Shown in pieces: positions 1 to 15,494 of a stretch of 64,000 nucleotides of DNA (positions are counted from its first letter, which is position 1; each line of letters opens with the position of its first letter). The notes beneath the pieces were generated by a model. It was not told the origin of the DNA. It saw only the letters and a list, made by a program, of their open reading frames with translations, and did no database searches. The DNA comes from the human T2T-CHM13v2.0 reference genome, Homo sapiens. The stretch is taken from assembly GCF_009914755.1 (NCBI RefSeq), contig NC_060931.1. One strand, written 5' to 3'. The translations under genes and the position numbers were made by a program.

Positions 1-265
1 TTCTACTCTGTCAAAATAACTGCTTTTTTGTCTGTTAATATGGTGTATTGCACTGATGTTGAACCACCCTGGTGTTCTTAGGGTGAGTCCCACTTGGTCA
101 TGGTATATAATCCTTTTTCTATGTTGTTGGGTTTAGCTTGCCGGTATTTTCTCGAGTTTTGCATTTATATTCATAAGGGATATTGCTCCATTGTTTTCTC
201 AAGATGTTCGTTTGGTTTTCGTGTCTGGCTAATCCTGGCCTTATGGACTGAGTTAGGAAAGTCAT
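1..265 (-). mobile_element. Old L1 (L1M-type) ORF2 fragment
   Basis: Resembles antisense L1 ORF2 (cccacttggtcatggtatataat...ttttgcatttatattcataagggatattg); degraded. Confidence 0.65.
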
Positions 266-1087
266 TTTGAATGACTATTTTGTAATCATTCTTCGAATTA
301 CTCCTAAATATATCTTCAGATTCTAATAACAAAATGAGTTTGTGCCTTTGTAGGTTGGAGGCCTGGTTGCCCCCTAGACTGTGGGGAGGGCTGTGCAGAC
401 GGGTCCTGAGGACAGGGCTGACAGGTGTGGACTGTCAGGTCTTTGCTTGGCTGCTTCTGATCAGGATTTTAGGCCAGTCTCCTGAGTGGTTCTCAGTGTT
501 AGAACTCCCTCAGGAGGCTGCCGCTGCTCTCTCCTTTCTGCCCACAGTAGATGCTGTCCAATCAGACCTGGCTCAGGAAGTGGGCACCCCCGCACCCTGC
601 TCTAGATGCAGTGGGCAGTATTCGAATGGCTGCTGGCAGTTCTGGGTCAGTTACTAGACTAGAGAGAGGCCTCTCGCTTTGACAGCTTTCACCACGTATC
701 CTCAGACCAGAATGGGTACCCATTATGACGACAGGACTCCACTGCCCGTGGGTTGTAAGAGTCCGTGTGACTCTGTGAGTGCCCTCAGGCTGGTCCCTTG
801 GATTTCATGGGATCATAAAGCTGTGAGGCTGAAGGAGGGCTGGGAAGCGTTTACCACACCCACCATTCACAGATGAGAGGCCACACAACGTGCTTGAGTG
901 CATCAAAGGCAAGTTGACAAGGTCGCCTGCCGCTGAGCCCCACTGTTCTCATGAGCAGGACATTATTTTCAGTCTTGCTGGGCAGCTCTTTAATATTTCT
1001 TTTGTGATGATCAGTGTCCAAGATGAGCTGTCAGGCACTTAAGAAGTGAAGAGTTCCTGAAGATTTCATTGTGCATGGTTTCCAATA

Positions 1088-1313
1088 CAGGTTCAACATC
1101 CCTAATCCAAAAATCCAGATTCCAGAATGCTCCACAATCCAAACATTTTTGAGCACCAACATGATGCTCAAAAAAAAAAAAAAAAAAAGCTCATGGCGCA
1201 GTTGAAATTTCGGATTTTCCAATCAGGGCTGCTGAATCTGTAAATCCAGTGCAGTATTCCGAAATCCAAACACTTCTAGTCCCAGGCATTTCAGATAAGG
1301 GTTACTCAACCTG
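1088..1313. mobile_element. Tigger4a/MER46-type MITE
   Basis: Terminal inverted repeats caggttcaacatccctaatcc ... ggttactcaacctg; internal aaacacttctagtcccaggcatttcagataaggg. Confidence 0.75.
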
Positions 1314-1585
1314 ATTTAAGTATAACAGAATTGTTCATTTCTATTATTGTGTGATCAAGGCCAGAAAGGGGTTGATTTCACTTCTAGAAGTCAGGGTGGA
1401 AGGAAGCAGTAAATTTAGTGAACTTCTAAGAAGTACCAACTTTTTTTTCCTTCCAGCATACTCTTCTTTTGGGTGATTTTTTTTTTTTTTTTTAATGGAA
1501 AATGGACTGTGAGGTTGCCTGTGGTGGTTATTGCAAAGAAAAATGCATTTTCCCTTTAACTTCCTCTTTTTCTCTTTAATTGCAG

Positions 1586-1633
1586 GACATTTTGGCGCAA
1601 GTTTTACAGATTTTATTAAAGTCGAAGCTATTG
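1586..1633 (+). CDS. CUL1: Cullin-1 coding exon (DILAQVLQILLKSKLL)
   Basis: ttgcag| acceptor, |gtaggt donor, 48 nt, matches CUL1 C-terminal domain. Confidence 0.97.
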
Positions 1634-1680
1634 GTAGGTTTGCGCCCTTTTATCTTACACTAGAAGAAGCCTTTTCCTGA

Positions 1681-1794
<114 letters not shown>

Positions 1795-2274
1795 TAAGAA
1801 AAATCTAATAAGTAGATGGCCCTTGACCATAGACACGTCCCCCGGGAGCCCTAGCACGGATCTCAGTATTGTTACAAACCAAGGGAGACCGGGGACTCAG
1901 TGTGAAGCGACAGGCACTAGGCTGGGAGTGTGAGGTAGGCCTTTGATTCCATTCAGCGAGCCTGATGTTTCTCCAATTCTGAGCTTCTGGGATTTTTATT
2001 ATTTTGGCAAATAAGTCTCCTTAAATGGCTCACCAAGAAAGTTTGGACCTTTGTGTCCAAGTGGCTTGATTTTATCTCACTTGACAAAATTTGGGAGAGC
2101 AGATTAGGGACCTGGATTTTCTGTAATGTGGATGTCCCTGTTAATGGCCGAGTAGGAAACTAGGCCATGATCGGACTCTACCCAGTGCTGGGTAGAGGAC
2201 ATTTTCACGGAGAGCTCACAGAAATCAACATTCTCCCCTCTGTCTAGGGAAGCAGGGCACTTCTTAAAGGTTGA

Positions 2275-2559
<285 letters not shown>

Positions 2560-3048
2560 TGAATGGGTCTGTGATGGCAGAAGGTGGCAAGGCCGAGAGC
2601 CAGGGCCTTGTTATCTGAATTAGTCCTTTATGTCACCAGGCAAAACAGGGCAGTCCTCTTGCTCTAAATGTTGGAAAGCAAACATTGTGGCAGGTTTGGC
2701 TGAAATGAGGGGGAAGGAGAGTTCTTCAGTGGGGAGGATGGGCAGCTTCCGTGGCCTTGAAGATTTAATTTTGTCTCCTTTTTTTTAATGCTTTATGGTT
2801 GAGTTAAATTATTGAGGTAAAATTGCTCAAAAGACCCAAACATTGTAATGTTTGCCACGTTAGAGTTGAAACATAGGCAGGTAGAATTGGTTCCCTCTCC
2901 CGTCTCACCTGCAGGATGTTTGTTGCCTGTTAGGAAATTGTGATCCTGTGCATAGGCGTCGGCAGCCTCTGTGCAGCTTGTCCTTAACTATCAATACAAC
3001 GTTGTTACAGCTCTAAATGCACTTCTTTTTCCTTATCTTGTTGCATAG

Positions 3049-3177
<129 letters not shown>

Positions 3178-4098
3178 TAGCAGTCACATTCCTTTCTTAA
3201 TTTAGAAGATAAAAGATGTAGCAAAAAGTGGATTGATTGCTGTAGCATGAAGGAGGAGGGAGCTGGCTTCTTTGTATGTAGATTTCTATAAAAGAAAGTC
3301 GGCTTCAGTTTAACTGTTGAAACACACATACAAAGTGCACAGATGATGAAGTGCCAGCTTGATGACTTTCACAGTCAATACACTGTGTGATCAGCACCCA
3401 GGTAAGAATTGAAACATGCCCGGCATCCCGGAAGCCCACCCACCCCAGCCAGCACCTGTGTCCCATAGAAAATCACTGTCGTGTCTTCTGACACCATAAA
3501 ACAGTTTTGCCTGCTTTTGCGTGATACATAAACAGATTCTAGAGCACACACTCCCGTGCCTGGTAAGAATTTCCTCAGCAGTATCTTCGGGAGGTTCGTC
3601 GCATTGCGGTATCGAGAAGCACTGGGTCGTTTTTGTTGCTTTTATGGGTGTTGTGTTATGGGAACACACCTTCCTTTATGTAGCCTACTGATAATTGACA
3701 TTTTGCTTATTTCTGATTGGGTTTGTTTAAAATGGTAACTAAGCAGGACTTTCCTTTTCCTAAACCACTTGGGTAAGTCACAGCCAGTGGAGAGACTCAG
3801 GGGTGGCATTGACAGGTGACTTCCCCAACAGGCAGGAGGCCCAGTGTCCCTCCTGGGTTACATTTGGCACAGGTGCCAGTTCGTTCATGGCTGTTCAGGG
3901 AGTTCCCCACAGTCCCCTGTTCCCTGTTCATGGCCTCTTCTTGTGAGACTGAGTCCTGCCGCAGAGGCAGGCAGATTTTGGTGGTAGAAAGGGAGACTGG
4001 CCCACGGGGCTCCCGAAGCACCTGACTCCAGTTCCTAGGGCGGGTGCAGGAGGGACTCGGAGTCACCCTCAGCAAGTGTCAGGGAGCTCCGTGCATGA

Positions 4099-4356
<258 letters not shown>

Positions 4357-4885
4357 CCCTTCTGGAAGGGTCTGACTGTGTGACCCGCAGCAAATAGTTC
4401 ATGTTGGAAAGAATGAAAACAACTCAAGTTCATAGCAGCCAGCCTGCCGCCATTGGACCTCCCTTTTAAAAACTGAGACCAAGACTCCCATCAGCTGGTC
4501 TCGGATTTACATCGGAACTGCTCAGGATTGATACATTTCAAGTCTGTAAATACGGACACCAACGCCATTTACCCTAATTTAAGAACAGCGGGGACTGACC
4601 CTCCGTGCCGAGGGCTGCATGCTACCGCACTAAGTCAATACATGGGCTCCCCGATTCGCAGCTGTCGTCTTGGCAGCACTTGTCACGTTGGCAGCACTTT
4701 GAGAGCAAGTCTGAGTGGACCCACATGTAACCTGCTATGAAAACCATTTGTATAGTGTGTTTCATTTTTTAATGTGTGAAAATAAAGAAAATTAAAGGAT
4801 TTCTGTACAAGTCGCATTGGGTTTTGTTTTAAGTTTTACTAATTTCTATATGTAAATAAAAGATATAATGATTGTGCAAATTTAT
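4357..4885 (+). other. CUL1: CUL1 3'UTR (3' end approximate)
   Basis: Between the stop codon and the poly(A) signals. Confidence 0.8.
4781..4860 (+). terminator. CUL1 polyadenylation signals: AATAAA 4781-4786, ATTAAA 4791-4796, AATAAA 4855-4860
   Basis: Canonical hexamers followed by U/GU-rich sequence. Confidence 0.8.
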
Positions 4886-5099
4886 ATTCCTAGTGTCTTC
4901 CTGTAGTTCCAAAGGGCCGTATTCTTTGGATTGAAAAGTTTTTAAGATCTCAGAATTTTAAGCCCCTGTGTAATCCTTTTTTTAAAAAAAGAAATCATGC
5001 TTATTTTTGTGACTTCTGTGGTGACTTGAATGGACTGTGTCACTGTATTCAGTGAGAGTCGGTGGCCACACACTCATCCTCTTTGACACGTGTAAGGAC

Positions 5100-5195
5100 T
5101 AAATGACTTACCCTGACAACCTACGTGTGAAATAGTATCCTCCTTTCTGCAGGTGGGGAAACTGAGGCCAGATGAGGGAAGCTGCCTCTAGTGAG
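5100..5195 (-). mobile_element. MIR fragment
   Basis: MIR core ttctgcaggtggggaaactgaggcc. Confidence 0.55.
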
Positions 5196-5296
5196 TAGAG
5201 GAGGTAGGACTGAAGGTGAGTGGCCGGGCTCCAGGATCCCTGGTCGTCACCAGCCTCTGCTGCCTGAGTCTGAGTCGGCATGGAGAGCATGGGCCC

Positions 5297-5481
5297 GGGA
5301 CACGGCAGAGCCTGCTCGTCCATGCTTCTCCGATTGTGGGCTCGGGACACGGCAGAGCCTGCTCGTCCACGCTTCTGTTCCGGCCGTGGGCATGGGACAT
5401 GGCACAGCCTGCTCGTCCACGCTTCTGTTCCGGCCGTGGGCATGGGACATGGCACAGCCTGCTCGTCCATGCTTCTGTTCC
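5297..5481. repeat. GC-rich minisatellite, about 4 copies of a 47-50 bp unit
   Basis: Units start at 5297, 5344, 5394, 5444 (gggacaYggcaSagcctgctcgtccaYgcttct...). Confidence 0.95.
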
Positions 5482-5653
5482 AGTTGCAGCAGGTGGTTAT
5501 GAGGAGCTGACAGATCAAAACGTCAGCTTTGACTGGTGAAGCTTCCTGGACTCACCCTCGCACCAGCACTACGTCAGGGAGCCAAGGTTCTCTTGCTTTT
5601 CAGGCACCTGCTGGAAGATTGGACCATGTTCTTGACTGTTAGAAGAGTTATTC

Positions 5654-6056
<403 letters not shown>

Positions 6057-6356
6057 CTACATGTCGCCTGCCTGCGCCGCAGTGTAGCTTCTTCCTTCTG
6101 TCTCCTTTGCCGTGTCACTCACTCCCCAGCCACGGTCAGGGATGCTGCTTTGCTCCCAGTAACTTTGTTTTCCTCATAGAAGCTTCAGGTACCTCACAGG
6201 TTTTGCAAGTGATAAATTATGAACATCCTTAGCACATGCCTGTGCCCAAGTGCAAGTTAGCCAGGTGGAGGGAAGGCATAGCTAACAAAATAAGTAGAAG
6301 TTCCTGGGGTTTCTCAGGAAACTCGGACATCTGACGGGTTAGTGTAAAAGGATAAG

Positions 6357-6895
<539 letters not shown>

Positions 6896-7712
6896 GTTAC
6901 ACAGGTTAAAAAGTAAAATGGTAATAAACCCAGCACTTAATGGTTCTCAACACTTTTTTTTAGTATATCCCCTTTTTCAGACCATCTAGTGAAGAGTCCC
7001 AGTATAGAAGCCAGGCAGGAGACAGCTGGTGTTCCGAACTCCACCCTGCCCTGTGGCGCCGGACTGGGAGTAAAGCTCACCTCCTGCTTTTCCTCAAACC
7101 AGTCCATTATTCTGCCTGTGAGAAAAGCATGCTGCAAAGGAACACCACAGACCTGCCTTAAGAGCTTGTGTATTTCAGTCCTGCGAATGATAGGAAATAT
7201 TGTCATGAGTTTGCTGGTCTCTTCAGTTCCTCCGGGATCAAGCAGGCACTTGGGTAAGTACCTTGGTCCCATGGAAATTCCTCACGGTAAGCGAAGGTGA
7301 GCTGAGTGATGGGTGAGTCGGGAGTTCGCCCCACACCTTCAGATTCCTGGCCTTTACCTGCTCCCCTTCGCACTGGGTAAGTGTACCGTCTTGACTGGTG
7401 TGAAAGAAAAGGCAATTCAAGACCTATGTTTAGGTCCAAATGTCCCTTATGTGTATAGGTTGACTGCATTTCTCTTGGTAAGACATGGAAAGGGAGACAT
7501 TCCCTGAGGCATTTCTTTTTCAGGACAACTTAGTAAGTCGCTTAGAGGCAGAGTCCCAGAATTCTGGAAACCCCGGGTGTTCAGTCCCTATATGTGGGCA
7601 GCATGGTTAGAACCCAGGAGGAAGGTCACATTCTTCCCAGTTCTCAAGCCCTATTCTCCTTGGACAAAATACTTGTATGTGCACAATTACTAGCTGTAAT
7701 TGTGAAAATTGT

Positions 7713-8070
<358 letters not shown>

Positions 8071-9266
8071 TCACATTGTCACTCTTGCTTTTACCCTTTG
8101 TTGAAGTATAGGGGAGCCTGTCTGTAGAACACCAAACATCTGGGACTATTTGCTGCCAAATCCTAGTGGGGGTCTACACGGTGTGGTGGTTACCACTGAG
8201 ACCAGGCTTACTATCTTGGAATCATGGCCAAAGAGGTTGGAAACAGTATCACAGCAACAAAGGTTTAATCTATTGACAACTTGAACTCATATTTTATAAA
8301 ATCAATATTTTACCTCCTGGGTTGTAGAAAAATTCATTGTGGTTTAATCAGAGCTGGGCTGTGCACTAAGACCAGATGCACAGGCTGAGTATGTATTGCT
8401 GTGACCTAAGGGAACAAGGGAAGGGAGGACCTTGATCTCGGCGCCTGGGAGGGTAAGTCTCCTGGTTGGGCTCTGTTAAGCGTAGGGTATAGACTCGGGA
8501 TGCTGGCCAGGCACGCCACATGACAGGAATCTGAAGGGTAAGAAAGTGGCTACAGGACCAACAGGTGCCTGTAATGTCATGTATGTATTTTTACTGACAG
8601 CATTTTAAGATGCTGCTCCTTGATGAATATTGGTACCTAATTTTCCTGTGAAGTTTAGCATGACCACCCCCAGTTGGAAAACATGCTTGCTGGCCTTCAG
8701 CTATTTGAACTGAATCCCCCTTCTAATGAAGACACCTTCTTGTTCGTAGGAATCACAGTCACTTGGCTGCCCAGGTTCATTTTTTATACCATCATCGTTC
8801 ATCTGTCCAGTTCATGACCCTGTCCAGGGGCAACCCCAACAATGCCCTTGCCGTAACAGGTGAGTGTAGACCACTTCTAATGCCAGGTATCCATGTGTAG
8901 CCCCCACTGGAATTGTTTATTTATATCAAGGGATTGAGTGGATACGCAATTATTTCAACTAGTTCCATTAAGAATTATTTAACAGAATACTGTTTTCAAA
9001 ATGTTTACATTTCGGATCCAGTCTTGATGAGCTATCTACAAGCTTAAATGTGTGGGTTTACATTTGATTTGACTTTTGGTGGAGTTGCTGAACATCTTGG
9101 GCAGAAGTGGAAGTGAGGACCTGGCATGGATACGGTGAAGACTGGAGATGGGATGAACCAGACAATAATGAAAACCTAGCACAGCTTCTAGGTGCCTCTA
9201 ACTTTACCCACAGTAGTTAGTCTGTGGGTGAGGTCCCGCTTATTGTATATGTCAAGCCTTCTATTA

Positions 9267-9688
<422 letters not shown>

Positions 9689-11162
9689 ATAGAAGGTTGT
9701 ATCAAATGGGTTATTAACGTCAAGGATTTCTGTTCAGAAAATCTGTGTTCACGGACGTCACTGAAGAGGCTTTTAGAGAAGCGCATTTCAGATCATGGTA
9801 TAAAAAGCTTGCTGTGCAATGAGAATACACGACAGGGCTCAAAAACTACTGCTTTCCATCAATGCCACCTTGTCTTTCCTACGCATTTGGGGCTCTGGTA
9901 CATTGAGCTCACTGGAGGCCTCAAGGATCTGCTTCCCAGCTGTTCCTCTGAGGATGGGTTGAGGGCTGTAGCTGGAATGAGCCATGTCAACAGGTACTTT
10001 TGAGCCCAAGTAATCTTTGGGGTCTCATGAACAGGCGATGATGAACAGATGGGCTCCATGCGCCTGTGCCTAGGCAAGGCCAGTGAGCCATCTAGAGAAT
10101 GACCTAACCCAAATAATGAAGTAACTGCCTCAGGAGATTGATGGCTGCCCAGTTTGCCCAGGGTCCTGCTGAGTGCCGAGCGGAACATGAGGGCATCGAG
10201 GGCAACAAGCTCTGAAGTGAATGGTACCGTTTTCTGGGTGAGAGTGGAGATAGTTATTTAGATGTAAAATAGATCAGCACTGTCATTAAGAAACCATGGG
10301 ACGAGGCTGAGGGAGGGATCTCCTCAATCCCAAATCAAGTGGCAAATTAACTGTAGGACTCAAGTTGCTGCGCCTGTGCACTGATGTGTCAGAGAGAGAC
10401 CTGATCCCGCAAATGCTGTGGAACTGGAAAGCAAGATGAGTCCATTTAATTAGGTTTCATATTAATACTACCACATTGTAAATAAAAATCTAACTGTAGC
10501 AAAGGCAACTGCTAAGTAACTGACAGTATGGACTGGTTTGCAGCGGTTGTCAGGGTTCCCATGATGCTGCTGGTGAATGTACCTGGGGAGGGTGCAGGGA
10601 AGTTACCTCAAATTCTGGGACAAACCACATTATCATAAGGCATGCAAGGTACATGTCGTTTCCTTGACGCTTTCAGAGTTTGTGATTTTTACCTCTGAGA
10701 AGATATAAAACTACAGTTTGGTTATACCTATCAATCACCTTTTGTGATAAGGTAGGTAAGGAATCCCAACTTATATTGTGTTTGTTTCTAAAGAACTCTA
10801 TCTAGACTAATGGAGTTTAGAACTAGGTACGTTCTTAAAAATAACCTAAAAGTCTACTCTGTCAGTTTATATATGGGGAACAGACTTGGAGGTTAAATCT
10901 CTTTCTCCAGGTTGCACAGCTGACTGGAACGTACCCACCCTGGTCTTGTCTATAAGATCAAGCCCTTTACTGGGTAAGCCCTCAGGATGCACAGCAGTGT
11001 TCTTCATATATGTCTTCCACATATTCACAGGCAGTATTAGTTAAATCAAGATTCATACAAAGACAACTAAAAAACCCAAGGAGTTAAATTTAAAAGTTTT
11101 TTGTTGAGCAGTCCTGAAAGCAGTTATTGACACGTTATGAGAGATGATTCAACAAGGACAAG

Positions 11163-11413
11163 TTCAAGTATTCTTTATTCAAAGTTGAAAAATGTACCAT
11201 ACTGCATTATTGCAAAAATTCACTGGTACAAAACACTTTGCAGCTGGTGAGAAGGCAATAAAAAGTTGATTTTTAAACTCATTACTATAAATTATTCTTA
11301 CAGTACTTTGCAAATTCAGAATTTCAAACTGCATGTTCTTTTTCTAAATTGCCCACAGTACTCGAGGTTCCTGAAGCTAAGGCAGCTGTTTCAGAGGAGG
11401 GGGGAGGAGGTAG
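11163..11413 (-). promoter_or_regulatory. miRNA seed matches in the EZH2 3'UTR: miR-26 8mer 11163-11170; miR-217 8mer 11200-11207; miR-137 7mer-A1 11207-11213; miR-25/32/92 7mer-A1 11208-11214; miR-138 7mer-m8 11243-11249; miR-101 8mer 11299-11306 and 7mer-m8 11355-11361; miR-124 7mer-A1 11378-11384; let-7/98 7mer-m8 11407-11413
   Basis: Seeds read directly on + strand (ttcaagta, tactgcat, ttattgc, tattgca, gctggtg, tacagtac, acagtac, taaggca, gaggtag); miR-101 and miR-26 control of EZH2 is established. Confidence 0.8.
11174..11179 (-). terminator. EZH2 polyadenylation signal AATAAA
   Basis: tttatt on + strand, about 240 nt after the stop codon. Confidence 0.9.
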
Positions 11414-11419
11414 CAGATG

Positions 11420-11539
<120 letters not shown>

Positions 11540-12844
11540 TTAACACAACAAAGCCTGCTGAAGATAGTGGGTGCATTAAAATGTCTTTAAAAAAAAAAAA
11601 AAAAAAAAAACCCATCCAATTACACAGCTGCCTGCATAACGGCACATTCATAGAAGGCAATGCATAGGTCTGTGTTGCTGGCCATCTAATTGAGACGCTG
11701 CCAAGTTCTGAAGTGAACAAACCTGTCTACAAGCATTCCCAGAGCCTGACCAGCCTCCCCTATGCCTCTGAAGCAAGTGGTCCCAGGAAGGCTGGTCCAC
11801 ATCAGGATGCTTAGGCCTGACGCTGGGAAGGCAAAATAGAACCATGGTCTGGAAAAAATGATGACCATAGCAAAGAGGGCCAAAGAGCAGCCCGCCAGTT
11901 GCTCCCCCAGGTGAAGCAAGAACTGGAGTGCAGCGGACACCCAGAGAGGAGCACAAGAAGCCCACCATGGGGGGTGAGGCCACTGGGTCATCCCAAGGAA
12001 GCTCCACCCCACACTCTTCATTCAGAGCCAGCCTGGAGTGAAGGCAGCGGCCTTTGCTAAAGTGGGCCCTTCACTCAGACCCTGTCTGCCTCACTGAGAG
12101 CTCGCTGCTGTGCAACAGCCATTAAAGGCCAGCCTGAATATGCAAGAACACAGTACTCAAAGACAGCTTCTGGATGGGATGTACACGGGGCTACAGGAGT
12201 TCATTAACTAGACAGTCATCTGACTGCACTTAAATCTGTATTCAATGGCTGACTTAAATGTATCCCACAGAGCTTGACAGTGTCAACTGGCAGCCTAATG
12301 CCTAACCACACAGATACCATTGGTGGCCCACGTGTCCCAGGCATCCCCACAGGGTGATCAGACAGCGATTTGCCAACAGCCCCTTTTAAAATGGTAATGA
12401 TATGTGTAATAAGTATTATAGCAAACAATAAATTAAGTAGATCTAATCCATAAAGATATGCATAGTATATTGTCAAGTAAAACCATGTTGCAGAAAAATC
12501 TATAGGACAGTGTGATCGCACTTATCTGGAAAACGCTCCACGAGTGAGCATGCAGCATGCGGCATGATATGAGAAGGTCTAGGACTCACCCAGCTGTCAA
12601 CAGCAGGGTGAGAAATGGGGCTTTCTGCATGGATTTTACTCTATTTTAAAAATAAGCATGCCTTGTATAATATATAAATGGATAATAAATACATAACAGG
12701 AAAGTGTAACCTAATTCCCCACTAATGCTCATGGCAAAGTGACCCATCAAAAGAAGCAAAGAACTAAAAACCCTCCTTTGTCCAGAGTTCACAATCCAGT
12801 AGAAAAAGCCCTTAGAGATCATGCTAGAAATGTACTTTACCAAC

Positions 12845-12929
12845 CTGTAATCAAAAAACAGCTCTTCGCCAGTCTGGATGGCTCTCTTGGCAAAAATACC
12901 TATCCTGTGATCACCGTTAACCATCATAA
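12845..12929 (-). CDS. EZH2: EZH2 exon 19, SET ([29 protein letters not shown])
   Basis: 85 nt, AG/GT boundaries, SET ELxFDY motif. Confidence 0.98.
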
Positions 12930-13072
12930 CTGCAAAGAGACACACTGGTGTCAGTGAGCATGAAGACGGGCCACGGGGGGTTAACTGACTTGTTCACATA
13001 ACAAACAACTATCCCAGAAGTATTCAAGTCCATCATCACAGGACTGAAAAGGGAGTTCCAATTCTCACGTCA

Positions 13073-13222
<150 letters not shown>

Positions 13223-14074
13223 TTATTATGATTTTGTAAATGCAACTGGTTACAGTTCTTCAGGGTTTGCCTGCAAAAGCAAATAAATCAAGCAGCTTCA
13301 TTCAGTAAGAAATGACATTTGGAAGAACACACTATTGTTCCAGGTTAAAATTAATCACCTATAATTCAAGATGGTTATCTGACTCAAAAGCTATTAATTA
13401 TCAACTATAAACATACATTACTGAGCAAAACATAGCAAAAAAAAAAAAAAATCTGACAAAATTCTTCCAAACATCACGAATAGGCATTTTCACATTTAAA
13501 ATTAGTTTTTTTCATTATAATGTCTATAAAGCATTCATAGAAAAAAACCTATTCTACTTGTTCCAACTAAGAGTTTCTCTGAATATCTTACATGTTAAGC
13601 CTACCTCCATTTTCACATAATCCCACCAGAAACATCCCTACACAGCCTTACATTCTACCCCAGAACATCAGCTATGAAAGCAGCTGCCTTTCCTCTCAGT
13701 CCTTTGAGAATATCCAGGGGAGTCTGGAAGATGGTTGCAAATGCAGTGCTCCTCCCCTCCTTCCCCGCTCAGAGGCACTGACTGGAGGAGGTGTGCTGAG
13801 CTGCCTGAACACAAGAGGTGAGGTGAGCAGCAAGAGCACAACGTCCCCTTCACAGCCAGATGCTGGGATAGTGCCACCCACAGACAGCCGGGACTCCAGA
13901 GAGGCGGTTTCCTGCACATCTAGTCTATCTGCTCCCTGAGGAATTCCTTGCTCCAGTTCCTTTCAAGCAAGCAGCCCCCCATGCCTCTAAGGAGATCCTC
14001 CTTCTGGTCACCTCACTGACCTCTACCCTCGTTTCTGAACACTCGGCCGGCAGAAGGCTGCCACATGCAACTCA

Positions 14075-14188
<114 letters not shown>

Positions 14189-14456
14189 CTAAAAAGAAAG
14201 ACACAGGAGAAAATTCTTTTGGATAAAGGTGATCAAGCCTGACAGAACACACAAAAGCGCACAGAGTGAATACTGGACCTTCTGGAGAAAACGCAACAAA
14301 AAGGGTCACTACAGCCAAGTTCTCTTTCCCATTCGGTCTGCGCAGTAATAAAGAATAACTGTATACTAAGGACCCCAACTCAGAAATATTTCCACATCCT
14401 GAAGTAATTATCCTTGGAGAAAGTGAGGAACCAAAGTCTTTTTGCTGAGTTTTTTA

Positions 14457-14723
<267 letters not shown>

Positions 14724-14774
14724 CTAGGCCTATGATTTTTCGGTAACACTGTCGACAATTTAAAAGGTGAATAA

Positions 14775-15236
<462 letters not shown>

Positions 15237-15389
15237 TAAGCATGCAAATCCACAAACATGCAGAAGTCCAGGCTGAAAAGGCAGTTTATGGCAATTCATT
15301 TCCAATCAAACCCACAGACTTACCTAATAAAATCAATCTAAAATAAAGTAAAGTTAGTATATACAATGCCACCTGAATACAGGTTATCA

Positions 15390-15494
<105 letters not shown>

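Larger units (their letters stand above)
11146..11419 (-). other. EZH2: EZH2 3'UTR (3' end approximate)
   Basis: Follows TGA at 11422-11420; contains AATAAA and multiple miRNA seed sites. Confidence 0.85.

Noticed and set aside
334-876. 107-aa and 65-aa ORFs in a CUL1 intron
   Set aside because: No recognisable domain; not part of the CUL1 reading frame
3003-3014. U7-like 12-mer tgttacagctct (reverse complement also at 52397-52408)
   Set aside because: Isolated short matches with no Sm site, hairpin or TSD; both are U7-sense in their host transcripts, so not U7 targets; noticed post hoc
5385-5460. Repeated CATG cores resembling p53 half-sites (gggcatggga, ggacatggca)
   Set aside because: They fail the 3' YYY of RRRCWWGYYY
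5108-5539. Six overlapping ORFs and a CRISPR-like repeat appearance
   Set aside because: Produced by a GC-rich tandem repeat with no unique spacers; human DNA, no cas genes
7052-7072. tggcgcc... resembling a retroviral tRNA-Lys primer-binding site
   Set aside because: Only 7 nt match; no recognisable upstream LTR or downstream gag
12590-12624. Possible 35-nt cryptic exon in EZH2 intron 19 (donor TGG|gtgagt)
   Set aside because: The upstream acceptor lacks a pyrimidine tract
13592-13939. Overlapping ORFs on both strands in EZH2 intron 17
   Set aside because: Low-complexity GC-richer intron; no homology or splice support
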